The notes: generated by a model from the sequence alone, not told the origin. A DNA stretch of 64,000 nt from a bacterium (GCA_963661975.1 CAVLDN010000006.1:30421-94420); one strand, 5' to 3'; positions 1 through 10,192 are shown, numbered from the stretch's first letter. Translations and numbers: made by a program.

Positions 1-323
1 GCGTATTCCTTGCGCTGGTCATGGTGCTGTGCCTTGCACCTGCGGCATCGTTGGCGGCAAATGGTGCCGAAACTGCCAAAAGTATCATGCTCGGCACGAG
101 CGGCATGGCGATGAACGATATAATCTATTACGGTGTGTACAACGATGACATAACAAACTACAATGTCCCGTGGTATGTAATCAACTTAAATAAAACAAAT
201 AAAACGGGATTTATGCTCAGTAAATACACGCTGGGGACTTCGGTTTTCGCAGACGGTTATGACAACGAAGGCGTCTACTATGATAGCAGTGAATTCCGAT
301 GGCGAACTTGTTATCACTTATAG
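1..323 (+). CDS. secreted/cell-surface protein, N-terminal part (5' end lies outside window)
   Basis: Frame is open from the window edge. Signal-peptide-like LALVMVLCLAPAASLA/ANG. Stop TAG at 321-323. Overlaps the next ORF, which is in the +1 frame. Confidence 0.5.
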   Translation, partial: VFLALVMVLCLAPAASLAANGAETAKSIMLGTSGMAMNDIIYYGVYNDDITNYNVPWYVINLNKTNKTGFMLSKYTLGTSVFADGYDNEGVYYDSSEFRWRTCYHL

Positions 324-600
324 CGACGGTACGACCGCCAATCTCGGCGTTGTCGTCGGTGAGGACGGAAAAGACGGTTTAACGCCCTTCATCGGAGAGA
401 ACGGCAACTGGTGGATCGGTGAAAAGGATACGGGCGTGAAAGCCGCCGCCGAAGCGGCAGCTTCCGCAAATTCCTCTGCCGCTGCAGCCCCGGCAAATTC
501 ACCCCTGATAATCGTAATCGGTGCCGCGGCAGGTCTTGCCCTCCTCGGCAACATCGGTCTTGTCGCATACATACTCAGGAAGAAAAAGACGCTTGCGTGA
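259..600 (+). CDS. cell-surface protein C-terminal part (collagen-like DGKDGLTPFIGENGNWWIGEKDTGVKA motif, Ala/Ser linker, C-terminal TM anchor + RKKK)
   Basis: 113-aa ORF with no signal peptide of its own but a C-terminal hydrophobic helix IIVIGAAAGLALLGNIGLVAYIL followed by RKKK. Probably the frameshifted continuation of 1-323. Confidence 0.55.
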   Translation: MTTKASTMIAVNSDGELVITYSDGTTANLGVVVGEDGKDGLTPFIGENGNWWIGEKDTGVKAAAEAAASANSSAAAAPANSPLIIVIGAAAGLALLGNIGLVAYILRKKKTLA

Positions 601-936
601 TTTAACCCGATTGCCGCTATGATGTATTGAGCCGATTTTCACTTTGGTTTGATTTATAATGCCGTAAGTGTAAGCAAGCCGGCAGATACTGCCCCCTTGT
701 TAAGAGAATCCTGTGTGTATGCGACTTGCGCGGCTCAATAAATTCACGGCAACAAAAAACCGGACGCCCGATATACATCCGATAATGCAAACAATGCAGA
801 TACTCTCTGTTGAATTTACCGATCGAACTTGTTTAAGATGATTTTGCGGAGACGGTTCCGTGATATCCGGCAACATAAGCCGGCCCCGTGAATGTATCCG
901 GCCTGCGGAATCGACGGCTTTTTCAACGGGCGGGCA

Positions 937-970
937 GAAATGAAAGAACGGCAGGTAAAACCTGCCGTTC
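937..970 (-). terminator. rho-independent terminator downstream of tRNA-Gln
   Basis: Perfect 10-bp stem gaacggcagg/cctgccgttc (946-955 / 961-970) with loop taaaa, followed on the minus strand by TTTCATTTC. Confidence 0.6.
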
Positions 971-974
971 TTTC

Positions 975-1048
975 TGGCTGCGGAATAGGGATTTGAACCC
1001 CAACAAACAGAGTCAGAGTCTGCCGTGCTGCCGTTACACAATTCCGCA
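975..1048 (-). tRNA. tRNA-Gln (anticodon CUG)
   Basis: Reverse complement folds as a 74-nt cloverleaf. Acceptor stem is UGCGGAA/UUCCGCA with U1-A72 and G73, typical of bacterial tRNA-Gln. D-stem GUGU/GCAC. Anticodon loop CU-CUG-AC. T-arm GGGG-UUCAAAU-CCC. CCA is encoded. Confidence 0.9.
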
Positions 1049-1078
1049 AAATATTCTGCCGCATTCACGGCAGAGGTC

Positions 1079-1107
1079 ATTTTATCACCGTTTCGGCGGA
1101 ATGTCAA
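1079..1107 (-). promoter_or_regulatory. sigma-70-type promoter for tRNA-Gln
   Basis: Minus strand reads TTGACA-N17-TAAAAT, about 25 nt upstream of the tRNA 5' end. Confidence 0.6.
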
Positions 1108-1130
1108 TACTTTTTTTGAAAAAATCGGGC

Positions 1131-1649
1131 TTACTTTCCGCGCTTTGACGAAAAAGCACCATTCTGCGGGCAGGGGCGTATGTTCGGCGCGGCGGAGATT
1201 TCCAAAAAAGCCATGTTCAGCGCCATTTTTGCGGCGAGTTTGCGGATGTTTGCTCTGCTGCCGGAGAAAACGAATGCCGAGGCATAGCATTTTTCGGCGG
1301 TGGAAACGCCGATATATACCGTGCCCACGGGCTTGCCCTCGGCACTGCCCGGCCCGGCGACACCGGTGGTGGAAACGGCGATGTCCGCCCCCGCGGCAGT
1401 GCGGACGGCGGCGGCCATTTCACGCGCGGTCTGCTCTGAAACGGCGCCGTATTTTTTCAGCGTTTCGCTCTTTACGCCGAGCATGTTTTCCTTTGCTTCG
1501 TTTGAATAGGAAACGACACCCAGACCGAAAACGGCGCTGGAGCCGGGAACATCGGTTATCTCCTTTGCGATAAGCCCGCCGGTGCAGGATTCCGCGGCGG
1601 CGATGCTCAGCCCGGCGCGGTAAAGCTTTTTAACAAGCGCTTTCATCAT
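1131..1649 (-). CDS. pncC: CinA C-terminal domain / nicotinamide-nucleotide amidohydrolase PncC family
   Basis: AAAESCTGGLIA and VSTTGVAGP motifs typical of the CinA/PncC deamidase domain. 172 aa. Confidence 0.85.
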   Translation of the reverse strand: MMKALVKKLYRAGLSIAAAESCTGGLIAKEITDVPGSSAVFGLGVVSYSNEAKENMLGVKSETLKKYGAVSEQTAREMAAAVRTAAGADIAVSTTGVAGPGSAEGKPVGTVYIGVSTAEKCYASAFVFSGSRANIRKLAAKMALNMAFLEISAAPNIRPCPQNGAFSSKRGK

Positions 1650-1674
1650 AATGTATTATCCTTCCCCAAAAATG

Positions 1675-2844
1675 TCAGCCCAGGTGAACGCGGCGGTCCG
1701 TTGCGAGAGCGCGCTCCACAAGCCCTTCCACATCGAGCTTTGCTTCCTCGGCAAGAATTTCGTTTATATCCGGGCGGGTGTCCGGATGCTTCGGCGTGAA
1801 CATCACGCAGCAGTCGTCATAGGGGAGCACGGAGGTTTCGAAGGTGCCGATCTCCCTTGCGCGGACAACGATTTCCTCCTTATCCAGCCCGATGCAGGGA
1901 CGCATGACGGGCAGCCCCGCCGCCTGCTCCGTCGCGGCAAGTGCGGGCAGAGTCTGGCTTGCGACCTGACCGAGGCTTTCGCCGGTTATAAGGCAACCCG
2001 CGCCGTACTTTTGCGCAAGCGCCGATGCGCAGCGCACCATGAACCTGCGCAGAAGCAGGGTGAAAAGCTTTTCACGGCAGTTTGCGGCAATTGCTTCCTG
2101 TACCTCCGTGAGGCTTATGTTGTGAAGATGTATCTCGCCGCACCAATCGGTGAGTATCTCGGCAAGGTGCTGCACCTTTTCCGCCGCGGCAATGCCCGTG
2201 TAGGGCGGGGTTTCGAAATAAACGGCATCTACGGCAAGCCCGCGGCGCGCCATCATATGCCCGGCAACGGGGCTGTCGATCCCGCCGGAGAGCATGAGCA
2301 TGCCCCTTCCGCTGCTGCCGACGGGCACTCCGCCCGCGCCGTGCTCCGCCCCGGCGTGGATAAACGCCGCGCGGTCGCGCACCTCGATCATTATAACGGC
2401 ATCCGGGTTCTGTACGTCCACGCGCATATCCGGGCGCAGCGAAAGCACCGTTTCGCCGCAAAGCACGCATATTTCGGGCGATTTCAGCGGAAATTTCTTG
2501 TCACTCCGCTTCGCCTCGCACTTGAAGCTGCGCGCACTGCCGAGCAGCGTGTCGATATTTTCGGCAAGCGTTCTGCGGATATCGTCGATATTCTTTTCAC
2601 ACTCCACGCCGCGGCAGACGGAGGCTATGCCGAAAACCTTTTTCAGCTTTTCGAAGGCGGTGTCGATATCCGCGCCCTCGCTCCCGCGCACGCAAAGCGT
2701 GGATTGTGCGTAATCACAGGTGAATTCGCCCTCCGCGCCGCGCAGCGCACGCTTGACGCGCGCCTCCAGCACAGAATTGAAATAGCTTCGGTTAAGACCT
2801 TTCAGTACGATCTCGCCGTATTTGAGCAGGATTATTTCCTTCAT
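1675..2844 (-). CDS. thiI: tRNA 4-thiouridine(8) synthase / sulfurtransferase ThiI
   Basis: THUMP-like N-terminus and PP-loop SGGIDSPVA. ATG at 2844 has a GGAAGG RBS and overlaps the stop of the upstream desulfurase (ATGA). The ORF-track start at 2895 was rejected. Confidence 0.9.
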   Translation of the reverse strand: MKEIILLKYGEIVLKGLNRSYFNSVLEARVKRALRGAEGEFTCDYAQSTLCVRGSEGADIDTAFEKLKKVFGIASVCRGVECEKNIDDIRRTLAENIDTLLGSARSFKCEAKRSDKKFPLKSPEICVLCGETVLSLRPDMRVDVQNPDAVIMIEVRDRAAFIHAGAEHGAGGVPVGSSGRGMLMLSGGIDSPVAGHMMARRGLAVDAVYFETPPYTGIAAAEKVQHLAEILTDWCGEIHLHNISLTEVQEAIAANCREKLFTLLLRRFMVRCASALAQKYGAGCLITGESLGQVASQTLPALAATEQAAGLPVMRPCIGLDKEEIVVRAREIGTFETSVLPYDDCCVMFTPKHPDTRPDINEILAEEAKLDVEGLVERALATDRRVHLG

Positions 2845-3962
2845 TTTATCAACCTTCCGCACACCTCGCCCATCGCCTCGGCAAGCAGTGTGCATTCTTC
2901 TTTTGTATTGCTCGGCGAAAAGCTTATGCGCAAAGCCCCCTCCAGCTCCGCGCCGGAAAGCCCGAACGCGCGCAGCGTTTCGCTTACGCTCTTTTTTGAA
3001 TGGCAGGCGCTCCCCGCGCTCACGCAGAAGCCTCGCATCGAAAGCGCATTGAGCATGACCTCGCTTTTTGCGCCAGGGACGGATACCGAAAGCACCGCGC
3101 CGGTGCGCTCTTCCGGCAGATTGAAGCGTATGCCGGGGATCTTTTTTGCAAGAGCGGCGCGGGTGAATTCGTTCAGCTCGGAAAGATAAGCCGCCTTTTC
3201 GGGCGTGAATGCCGCGACAGCCGCGCCGAACGCGGCAACGCCGGGGGTGTTTTCCGTGCCGGAACGCAGCCCCCGTTCCTGCCCGCCGCCCAAAACGAAC
3301 GCGGGCAGACGCACGCCTTTTTTGACATATATCGCGCCGACGCCCTTCAGCCCGCCGATCTTATGCGCCGAAACACTTGCAAAATCGCAGTTTTTGCGGA
3401 TGACGGTGCGGTCGGCGATTTTAAGGAAGCCCTGTACCGCATCGCAGTGGAGCAGAGCTCCGCAGCCGCTTTTTTCGATATGTCTGCGCACGAGAGGAAT
3501 ATCGTAAACCGCGCCGGTTTCGTTGTTGGCAAGCATTATGCTCGCAAAGACGACCGGAGCGGAAAAGGCTTCCGCAAGCGCGGCTTCGTCCAGCCTGCCG
3601 CCGCTCGTCGGTATGCGGATGACCTCGAACCCCTGCTTTTCGAGCAGGGCAAGCGGCTCCGAAACGGAGGGGTGCTCGCTATCGGTGGTGACGATGCGCT
3701 TTGCCGCGCGCGCACGCAGCTTTGCCGCGCCGAAAATGCATTGACAGTTCCCCTCGCTCCCGCCGGAAGTGAATATGACCTCCTCCGGCGTGCAGCAAAA
3801 CCCGCGGGCGACACTTTCCCGCGAGGATTCGATCACGGCGCGCGCCTCACGTCCCGCGAAGTGAAGCGAGGACGGGTTCGCAAAAATATTCATTGCCTCC
3901 GTTGCCGCCGCGACAGCCTCCGTGCAAGGCGCAGAGGTTGCGGCGGAATCGAAATAATACAT
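2841..3962 (-). CDS. cysteine desulfurase (NifS/IscS/NifZ class V aminotransferase)
   Basis: PLP-lysine motif SVSAHKIGG and active-site loop SAGSACHS. ATG at 3962 is preceded by an AAGAGG RBS. Classic pairing with thiI. Confidence 0.9.
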   Translation of the reverse strand: MYYFDSAATSAPCTEAVAAATEAMNIFANPSSLHFAGREARAVIESSRESVARGFCCTPEEVIFTSGGSEGNCQCIFGAAKLRARAAKRIVTTDSEHPSVSEPLALLEKQGFEVIRIPTSGGRLDEAALAEAFSAPVVFASIMLANNETGAVYDIPLVRRHIEKSGCGALLHCDAVQGFLKIADRTVIRKNCDFASVSAHKIGGLKGVGAIYVKKGVRLPAFVLGGGQERGLRSGTENTPGVAAFGAAVAAFTPEKAAYLSELNEFTRAALAKKIPGIRFNLPEERTGAVLSVSVPGAKSEVMLNALSMRGFCVSAGSACHSKKSVSETLRAFGLSGAELEGALRISFSPSNTKEECTLLAEAMGEVCGRLIK

Positions 3963-4086
3963 AAACAAGCCTCTTTGAGCGGACAATTCTTTAATTTACT
4001 ACATTATACTTCTTTTTTGCGCGCCCGTCAAGGATAATCGCCGGGCGGATTTTTGCCGTGTCGCGCGGATAATTGCAAAAAAGCTC

Positions 4087-4115
4087 TTTACATAATGCAA
4101 AATCCGTTGTATAAT
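4087..4115 (+). promoter_or_regulatory. sigma-70-type promoter upstream of rny
   Basis: TTTACA-N17-TATAAT, about 155 nt upstream of the rny ATG. Confidence 0.6.
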
Positions 4116-4270
4116 AGAATGAATACCGACGCAAAGCCCCTTGCCATGAACGGGATAACCATATATTTTTCACTTTTTGCGCTGCGGCGCTTTCAATAGA
4201 AAAGAATATAAAACTTACCCGTTTCTCTTTGGGTTTTGCCCCGGGATTAAATAAATTTCAGGAGGCAGAA

Positions 4271-5812
4271 ATGGACCCTATTTTAGTTGTCGGCATATGC
4301 GCCGGCGTTGCCGTTCTGTTCTTCGTTATCGGGTTTTTTATCCGCAAGCTTACCGCCGAAAAGGCGATAAAATCCGCGGAAACCGAAGCCAAAAGGATAA
4401 TTGAGGACGCCGGAAAGGCTGCCGAGACGGTCAAAAAAGAAAAGCTGGTCGAAGCAAAGGAAGAAGCGCTGCGGATCAAGAACGACGCCGAACGCGAAAT
4501 AAAGGAACGCAGAAACGATCTGCAGCGGCTCGAACGCAGAGCAATGCAGAAGGAAGAAAATCTTGACAAAAAGTACGAAAACCTTGAAAAGAAGGAAGAA
4601 ACGCTCAATTCCAAGATAAAAGCAAATGAGGAACTGAACGCCAAGATCGAAGCCGCTCTTGCCGAGCAGGAGGAGATTTTACAGAAGATATCCGGCATGT
4701 CCGCCGAAGACGCCCGCACGATGCTTATCGAACGCGTGGAGGAGGAGGCCCGTCACGACATGGCGAAAAAGCTTGTCGAGGTCGAGCAGGAATGCAAGGA
4801 CAAGGCGGAAGAAAACGCAAAAAACATTATCGCGCTTGCCATTCAGCGTTGCGCCGCGGACAGCGTGGCGGAGGCTACGGTCTCCGTTGTCGATCTGCCT
4901 AACGACGAAATGAAGGGCAGAATAATCGGCAGAGAGGGCAGAAACATACGCGCCATCGAAACGCTCACCGGTGTCGATCTTATCATCGACGACACTCCCG
5001 AGGCGATCGCGATATCCACCTTCGATCCGATCCGCCGCGAGGTCGCACGGATGACGCTCGAAAAGCTCATCTCCGACGGACGCATACATCCTTCCAGAAT
5101 CGAAGAAACGGTGGAAAAATGCCGCCGCGAGGTGGAAGCCGTTATCAAAAAGGAAGGCGAACAGGCAACGCTTGAAACCGGCGTTCACGGCCTGAACCCC
5201 GAGCTTGTAAAGCTGCTCGGCAGGCTGAAATACCGCACGAGCTACGGTCAGAACGTACTCAAACATTCCATAGAGGTTTCGCACATTGCGGGCATGATCG
5301 CAAGCGAGCTCGGGCTCGATGCGACACTTGCAAAGCGCGCCGGACTGCTGCATGATATCGGCAAGGCGATGACGCACGAGGTGGACGGTTCTCACGTCCA
5401 GATCGGTGTCGATCTTGCCCGTAAATACAAAGAATCGCGCGAGGTCGTTCATGCCATCGAGGCGCACCACGGCGATGTCGAACCGCATACGCTCGTTGCG
5501 ATGATTGTGCAGGCGGCGGATGCCGTTTCCGCGGCAAGGCCGGGTGCAAGGCGCGAAAATCTCGAAACCTATATCAAGAGGCTGCAAAAGCTGGAGGAGA
5601 TCGCAAATTCCTTCTCCGGTATCGAAAAATCCTTTGCCATTCAGGCAGGCAGAGAAGTGCGCATAATGGTCAAGCCGGATGAGGTGAGTGATGACGAAAT
5701 GGCGTTTATCGCCCGCGATGTCGCCCGCAAGATCGAGGAAGAGCTCGAATATCCCGGTCAGATCAAGATCAATGTGATCCGCGAAATGCGCCAGGTCGAT
5801 TACGCGAAATAA
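4271..5812 (+). CDS. rny: ribonuclease Y
   Basis: N-terminal TM helix, long E/K coiled coil, KH domain ([13 protein letters not shown]), HD domain (HSIEV..LLHDIGK). GGAGG RBS 6 nt before the ATG at 4271. Confidence 0.95.
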   Translation: MDPILVVGICAGVAVLFFVIGFFIRKLTAEKAIKSAETEAKRIIEDAGKAAETVKKEKLVEAKEEALRIKNDAEREIKERRNDLQRLERRAMQKEENLDKKYENLEKKEETLNSKIKANEELNAKIEAALAEQEEILQKISGMSAEDARTMLIERVEEEARHDMAKKLVEVEQECKDKAEENAKNIIALAIQRCAADSVAEATVSVVDLPNDEMKGRIIGREGRNIRAIETLTGVDLIIDDTPEAIAISTFDPIRREVARMTLEKLISDGRIHPSRIEETVEKCRREVEAVIKKEGEQATLETGVHGLNPELVKLLGRLKYRTSYGQNVLKHSIEVSHIAGMIASELGLDATLAKRAGLLHDIGKAMTHEVDGSHVQIGVDLARKYKESREVVHAIEAHHGDVEPHTLVAMIVQAADAVSAARPGARRENLETYIKRLQKLEEIANSFSGIEKSFAIQAGREVRIMVKPDEVSDDEMAFIARDVARKIEEELEYPGQIKINVIREMRQVDYAK

Positions 5813-5820
5813 TTCAGGCT

Positions 5821-6615
5821 ATGATCAAGATACTTGCGGTGGGCGATGTTTTCGGCACACCGGGCAGTGAATTTATCCGGAGACGGCTGCGCGCCGTCAA
5901 GCAGCGCGAGGGCGCCGACCTTGTTATCGTAAACGGCGAAAACGCAAGCGCGGGCAACGGGATTGGAGTCGCGGAGGCACAGCTTATATTCGATTCCGGC
6001 GCCGATGTTATCACCGGCGGGAACCATTCCCTGCGCAAATACGATATATTCGATTATTCGGATGAAACGGCGGCGTTTCTGCGTCCGCTCAACTTCCCGG
6101 CGGATGCGCCGGGGCACGGGTGGTGCATAGTCCCCGTGAAAAACGGGTTAAGGGTGCTGGTCATATCCGCCGCGGGGCAGCTTTTCATGGACCCCGCGGA
6201 TTCGCCTTTTGCCTGCACCGAACGCGTTCTTGCCGCCGAAAGCGGTAATTACGACATTGCCGTCTGCGATTTCCATGCGGAAGCGACAAGCGAGAAAAAG
6301 GCATTTTTCCATTGCTTCGACGGGCGCATAAATATCGCATACGGTACACACACCCATGTGGCGACGGCGGACGAAACGCTTACCGACCGCGGGTGCGCAT
6401 ACATAACCGATATCGGTATGTGCGGCGATGAGGATTCGATCATCGGAGTGACATACGAAAGCGCAATGGAACGGTATCTGACCGGCATACGCCGCAAGGG
6501 CGTTGCCGCGGGAAATAACGTCACCCTGCGCGGGGCGGTGTTCACGGTGGATGAATCGACACTCTTTGTCACCGATATAAAACGAATAAAATACAATGAA
6601 GGAAGTTTCAAATGA
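5821..6615 (+). CDS. ymdB: YmdB-family metallophosphoesterase (2',3'-cyclic-nucleotide 2'-phosphodiesterase)
   Basis: MIKILAVGDVFG..NGEN..GNH motifs. Conserved rny-ymdB gene pair. Confidence 0.9.
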   Translation: MIKILAVGDVFGTPGSEFIRRRLRAVKQREGADLVIVNGENASAGNGIGVAEAQLIFDSGADVITGGNHSLRKYDIFDYSDETAAFLRPLNFPADAPGHGWCIVPVKNGLRVLVISAAGQLFMDPADSPFACTERVLAAESGNYDIAVCDFHAEATSEKKAFFHCFDGRINIAYGTHTHVATADETLTDRGCAYITDIGMCGDEDSIIGVTYESAMERYLTGIRRKGVAAGNNVTLRGAVFTVDESTLFVTDIKRIKYNEGSFK

Positions 6616-6968
6616 AGATCAACACCCTTATGATGCTTGCCGATGAAGCAACGGAATCGGCGAGCGGCATTACAAGCGTTCTTTCGCTCGTTATCCCCTT
6701 TGCACTGCTCGGGCTTGTGTTCTACTTCTTTATTTACAGGCCCCAGAAAAAGCAGGAAAAGGAAACGCGCGAAATGCGCAGCTCTATCGCCGTCGGTGAC
6801 GTTATCGTCACAACGGGCGGTATTGTCGGCATGGTCGTCAAGGTCAAGGAGGATATGCTTCTGATCGAAACCAGCGGCGACAGAACGAAGATCCAGATCC
6901 AGAAATGGGCTGTCAGTTCGGTGCTCGAAAGAGTGAACGAGCCGGAGGAGCCCGCAAAGAAGAAATAA
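6612..6968 (+). CDS. yajC: preprotein translocase subunit YajC
   Basis: Single TM helix followed by YRPQKKQ..GD.V.T.GG..G motif. 4-nt overlap with ymdB. Confidence 0.85.
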   Translation: MKINTLMMLADEATESASGITSVLSLVIPFALLGLVFYFFIYRPQKKQEKETREMRSSIAVGDVIVTTGGIVGMVVKVKEDMLLIETSGDRTKIQIQKWAVSSVLERVNEPEEPAKKK

Positions 6969-7033
6969 TCCGTTTTTATGGGCATCGGCGGCTTTTGCAT
7001 CCGGTGCCCGCGGTTTTGCGAAAGGACACAGCA

Positions 7034-8269
7034 ATGAAAAAGACAATAATGAAGAAATACGCCAACCTGCTGATAAAGCAGGGCGTGAATATCAAAAAGG
7101 GGCAGGAGCTTATCATTGTCGCCGATGTGGAGGCCGCGCCGTTCGTTGCGCTGCTCACGGCGGAGGCGTACCGCGCGGGCGCTTCCGAGGTGCGTGTCGA
7201 TTGGGCGATGACCGAGCTGACAAAGCTTCATTACCGTTACCAGTCCCGCAAAAAGCTTTGCGAGGTGCCGGAATGGAAGGTTGAAAAACTCAGGCACGAT
7301 GCCGATGTGCTTCCGGCGCGTATCCGCCTGATCTGCGAGGATCCGGACGGGCTTGCGAGCGTCAACCAGGAAAAGCTTGCCGCCGCAAACGCCGCGTTCG
7401 GCAAGGTTTCCAAAAAGTTCCGCGAACAGACCGAAAACAAATATCAGTGGCTTGTCTGTGCGATACCGGGCAGGGCATGGGCGAAAAAGGTGTTCCCGGA
7501 CGAACGCCCCACCGCCGCGGTCGAAAAGCTGTGGGAGGCGATACTTTCCACCGTGCAGTGCGGCGCGGATAACGATGCGATTGCCGCGTGGGATGCGAAA
7601 AACGCCTCCTTTGCCGCGCGCTGCGGGAAGCTCAATGCAAAGCATTTCGATTATCTTGAATACAAATCCGCAAACGGCACCGATTTCAGATGCAGCCTGA
7701 TGGAAAGCAGTATGTGGTGCGGCGGCGGAGAATATGCCGAAAACGGCATATACTTTAACCCGAATATGCCCACGGAGGAGATATTCACCACGCCGAAGAA
7801 GGGCTGCTGCGAGGGAAGACTTGTCGCCGCGATGCCGCTTTCGCTCCGCGGAACGCTTGTGGAAAACTTTTATATCGATTTCAAGGACGGCAAAGCCGTA
7901 AGCTGGCACGCCGAAAAGGGTGAAGAAGCGCTCACGAAGCTTATCGAAACCGACGAAGGCAGCAGAATGCTGGGCGAGCTTGCGCTTGTGCCGAAAAATT
8001 CGCCGATCGCGGAAAGCGGACTGCTCTTCTATAACACTCTTTTCGACGAGAACGCCTCCTGCCATGTCGCACTCGGCAACGGATATACAAGCTGCGTGAG
8101 AGGCTATTCCGAAAAAACGCTTGCCGAAATGCGCGAGGAGGGCGTGAACGATTCGATGATCCATGTCGACTTCATGGTCGGCGCGAAGGATCTCCGCATC
8201 ACCGGATACAAGGACGGCAAAGCCACGCCGGTCTTCGTGAACGGCACCTGGGCACCGGAGTTTGAATAA
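7034..8269 (+). CDS. aminopeptidase, M29 (PepS/AmpS/aminopeptidase T) family
   Basis: MKKYANLLIKQGVNIKKGQ start typical of M29 and conserved C-terminal HVALG...IHVDFM. ATG at 7034 with an AAAGGA RBS. The longer ORF-track start was rejected. Confidence 0.85.
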   Translation: MKKTIMKKYANLLIKQGVNIKKGQELIIVADVEAAPFVALLTAEAYRAGASEVRVDWAMTELTKLHYRYQSRKKLCEVPEWKVEKLRHDADVLPARIRLICEDPDGLASVNQEKLAAANAAFGKVSKKFREQTENKYQWLVCAIPGRAWAKKVFPDERPTAAVEKLWEAILSTVQCGADNDAIAAWDAKNASFAARCGKLNAKHFDYLEYKSANGTDFRCSLMESSMWCGGGEYAENGIYFNPNMPTEEIFTTPKKGCCEGRLVAAMPLSLRGTLVENFYIDFKDGKAVSWHAEKGEEALTKLIETDEGSRMLGELALVPKNSPIAESGLLFYNTLFDENASCHVALGNGYTSCVRGYSEKTLAEMREEGVNDSMIHVDFMVGAKDLRITGYKDGKATPVFVNGTWAPEFE

Positions 8270-8288
8270 AAGAAAGGCGGTAAACGCA

Positions 8289-9101
8289 ATGAAATTCGCA
8301 CTTCAACTTTATTCCGTACGAACCGATCTCGAATCGGATTTCAGGGGCACGCTTCGCCGCGTGAAGGAGCTTGGCTATGACGGCGTTGAATTCGCCGGGC
8401 TTTACGGGCAGGATCCGAAGGAGCTTTGCGGTTATCTTTCCGAAATCGGGCTTGAACCGGCCGGCGCACACGTTTCGTTTGCCGAAATGCGCGACGATAT
8501 CGAAAAGGTCATAAGCGATTATTCCGCTGTGGGCTGCCGCGATATTGCCGTTCCCGGTCTTGCACCGGAGGATCGCCACGGCACGCCCGGCTGGGGAAAG
8601 ACGGTTGCGGATATCCGTGCAATAGGCGAAAAGGCCGCGGCGGCGGGAATAAGACTCAGCTACCATAACCACGATTTCGAATTTGAGAAGGCCGGCGGGG
8701 AATATGTGCTTGACAGGCTCTATTCCGATATTCCCGCAAGCCTGCTCGAAACCGAACTTGATCTTTGCTGGGTGCGCGTTGCGGGCGAAGACCCTGCGGC
8801 ATACCTGCGCAAATACGCAGGCCGCTGCCACCTTGTCCACTTCAAGGATTATGTCGGCAGCAAGCAGGCCAATATGTACTCTCTTATCGGCATAGAGGAC
8901 GACGGCAAAAAGCCGGATGTGCAGGCGTTTGAGTTCCGCCCGCTCGGCAAAGGCGTTCAGAATATCCCGCTGCTCTATAAGACCGCCGTTGAATGCGGCG
9001 CCGAATGGATCATCGTCGAGCAGGACGAGCCTTCCATGGGGCTTTCCCGCATGGAATGTGCGGAGATCAGTATAAACACCCTTCGCTCTGTCGCAAAATA
9101 A
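8289..9101 (+). CDS. sugar phosphate isomerase/epimerase (xylose isomerase-like TIM barrel)
   Basis: MKFALQLYSVR..GYDGVEF..YHNH..E.D pattern of the AP_endonuc_2/TIM family. Confidence 0.8.
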   Translation: MKFALQLYSVRTDLESDFRGTLRRVKELGYDGVEFAGLYGQDPKELCGYLSEIGLEPAGAHVSFAEMRDDIEKVISDYSAVGCRDIAVPGLAPEDRHGTPGWGKTVADIRAIGEKAAAAGIRLSYHNHDFEFEKAGGEYVLDRLYSDIPASLLETELDLCWVRVAGEDPAAYLRKYAGRCHLVHFKDYVGSKQANMYSLIGIEDDGKKPDVQAFEFRPLGKGVQNIPLLYKTAVECGAEWIIVEQDEPSMGLSRMECAEISINTLRSVAK

Positions 9102-9161
9102 CAAATAAAAAGGAAAGGCGCAATGCCCCCGCGGAATCTTCGGCGGGGGCGGTGAAGAAAT

Positions 9162-9968
9162 ATGTCAGAATGCACACATGATTGCTCGACCTGCGGCGCG
9201 GATTGCGCTTCACGCGGGGCACAGCCGATCGAAAAGGAAAAACTTCATAAAGGAAGCAGCTTCAAAAAGGTTATCGCCGTTGTGAGCGGCAAGGGCGGCG
9301 TGGGCAAATCGCTCGTCACCTCTTTGCTTGCCGTCGGCGCGGCGCGGCGCGGGGAACGCGTTGCCATACTTGATGCCGATGTCACCGGGCCTTCCATTCC
9401 GCGTATTTTCGGGATGAAGGGCGGTGTTACCGCGGAAGAGGACTGCATGGTTCCGCCGCAGAGCAAAACCGGGATAAAGATAATGTCCGTCAACCTGCTT
9501 CTTCCGGATGAAACCGACCCCGTCGCCTGGCGCGGCCCGGTCATCGCCGGCTGCGTGAAGCAGTTCTGGACCGATGTCGACTGGGGCGAAAACGACACGA
9601 TGTATATAGATATGCCTCCGGGAACCGGCGATGTTCCGCTCACCGTTTTCCAATCCATTCCCGTGGACGGAATGGTCATAGTCACCTCTCCGCAGGAGCT
9701 GGTTTCAATGATCGTCGAAAAGGCGGTCAAGCTCGCGGAGCTTATGAACATCCCCGTGCTCGGCGTTGTGGAAAATTATTCCTACTTCAAATGCCCGGAT
9801 TGCGGCAAGGAGCATCACATCTTCGGCGAAAGCCGCATCGATACCGTTGCCGCGCAGTACGGAATACCCCGTATCGCAAAACTGCCGTTCGATCCGAAGC
9901 TTGCCGCCGCGTGCGACAAGGGCACCATCGAGCTTGCCGTGCGTGAGCTTGACCTTGCGGGGCTGTAA
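9162..9968 (+). CDS. Mrp/NBP35/ApbC-family Fe-S cluster carrier ATPase
   Basis: Deviant Walker A SGKGGVGKS and conserved CPDCG motif. N-terminal Cys-rich CTHDCSTCGADC. Confidence 0.9.
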   Translation: MSECTHDCSTCGADCASRGAQPIEKEKLHKGSSFKKVIAVVSGKGGVGKSLVTSLLAVGAARRGERVAILDADVTGPSIPRIFGMKGGVTAEEDCMVPPQSKTGIKIMSVNLLLPDETDPVAWRGPVIAGCVKQFWTDVDWGENDTMYIDMPPGTGDVPLTVFQSIPVDGMVIVTSPQELVSMIVEKAVKLAELMNIPVLGVVENYSYFKCPDCGKEHHIFGESRIDTVAAQYGIPRIAKLPFDPKLAAACDKGTIELAVRELDLAGL

Positions 9969-9986
9969 AAACCGATGTTTACCGAA

Positions 9987-10018
9987 AAAGGAGGGCGACG
10001 CCCCCTCCTTTTTGCCGC
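9987..10018 (+). terminator. rho-independent terminator after the mrp-like gene
   Basis: Stem aaaggaggg/ccctccttt with loop cgacgcc, followed by TTTTT. Confidence 0.7.
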
Positions 10019-10149
10019 CCGCTATGTGAAACGCTTTTGCTGCAGGCATAAACCGTGCGGACTTTCGGCGCGATAACGGTTATGCTGCGTGCGGCGGCCG
10101 TTCTTGCCGGCGGCAAGAGAAAAGACCGCGTTTAATAACGCATAAAACA

Positions 10150-10192
10150 AAAAACGCATAAAAAAGACGCTTCCCGCGGGGGAGGCGTCTTT
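10150..10192 (-). terminator. rho-independent terminator after rbsK
   Basis: Stem aagacgc(t)tcc/gga(g)gcgtctt, followed on the minus strand by a T-rich run. Confidence 0.7.

Noticed and set aside
700-1290. 196-aa minus-strand ORF
   Set aside because: It runs straight through the tRNA-Gln gene, its promoter and its terminator, so it is not a plausible protein gene.
1651-3189. 512-aa plus-strand ORF, and similar long antisense ORFs at 6734-8164 and 33921-35555
   Set aside because: Each is the mirror of a strongly supported gene (thiI/desulfurase, M29 aminopeptidase, hydS). No independent evidence supports them.
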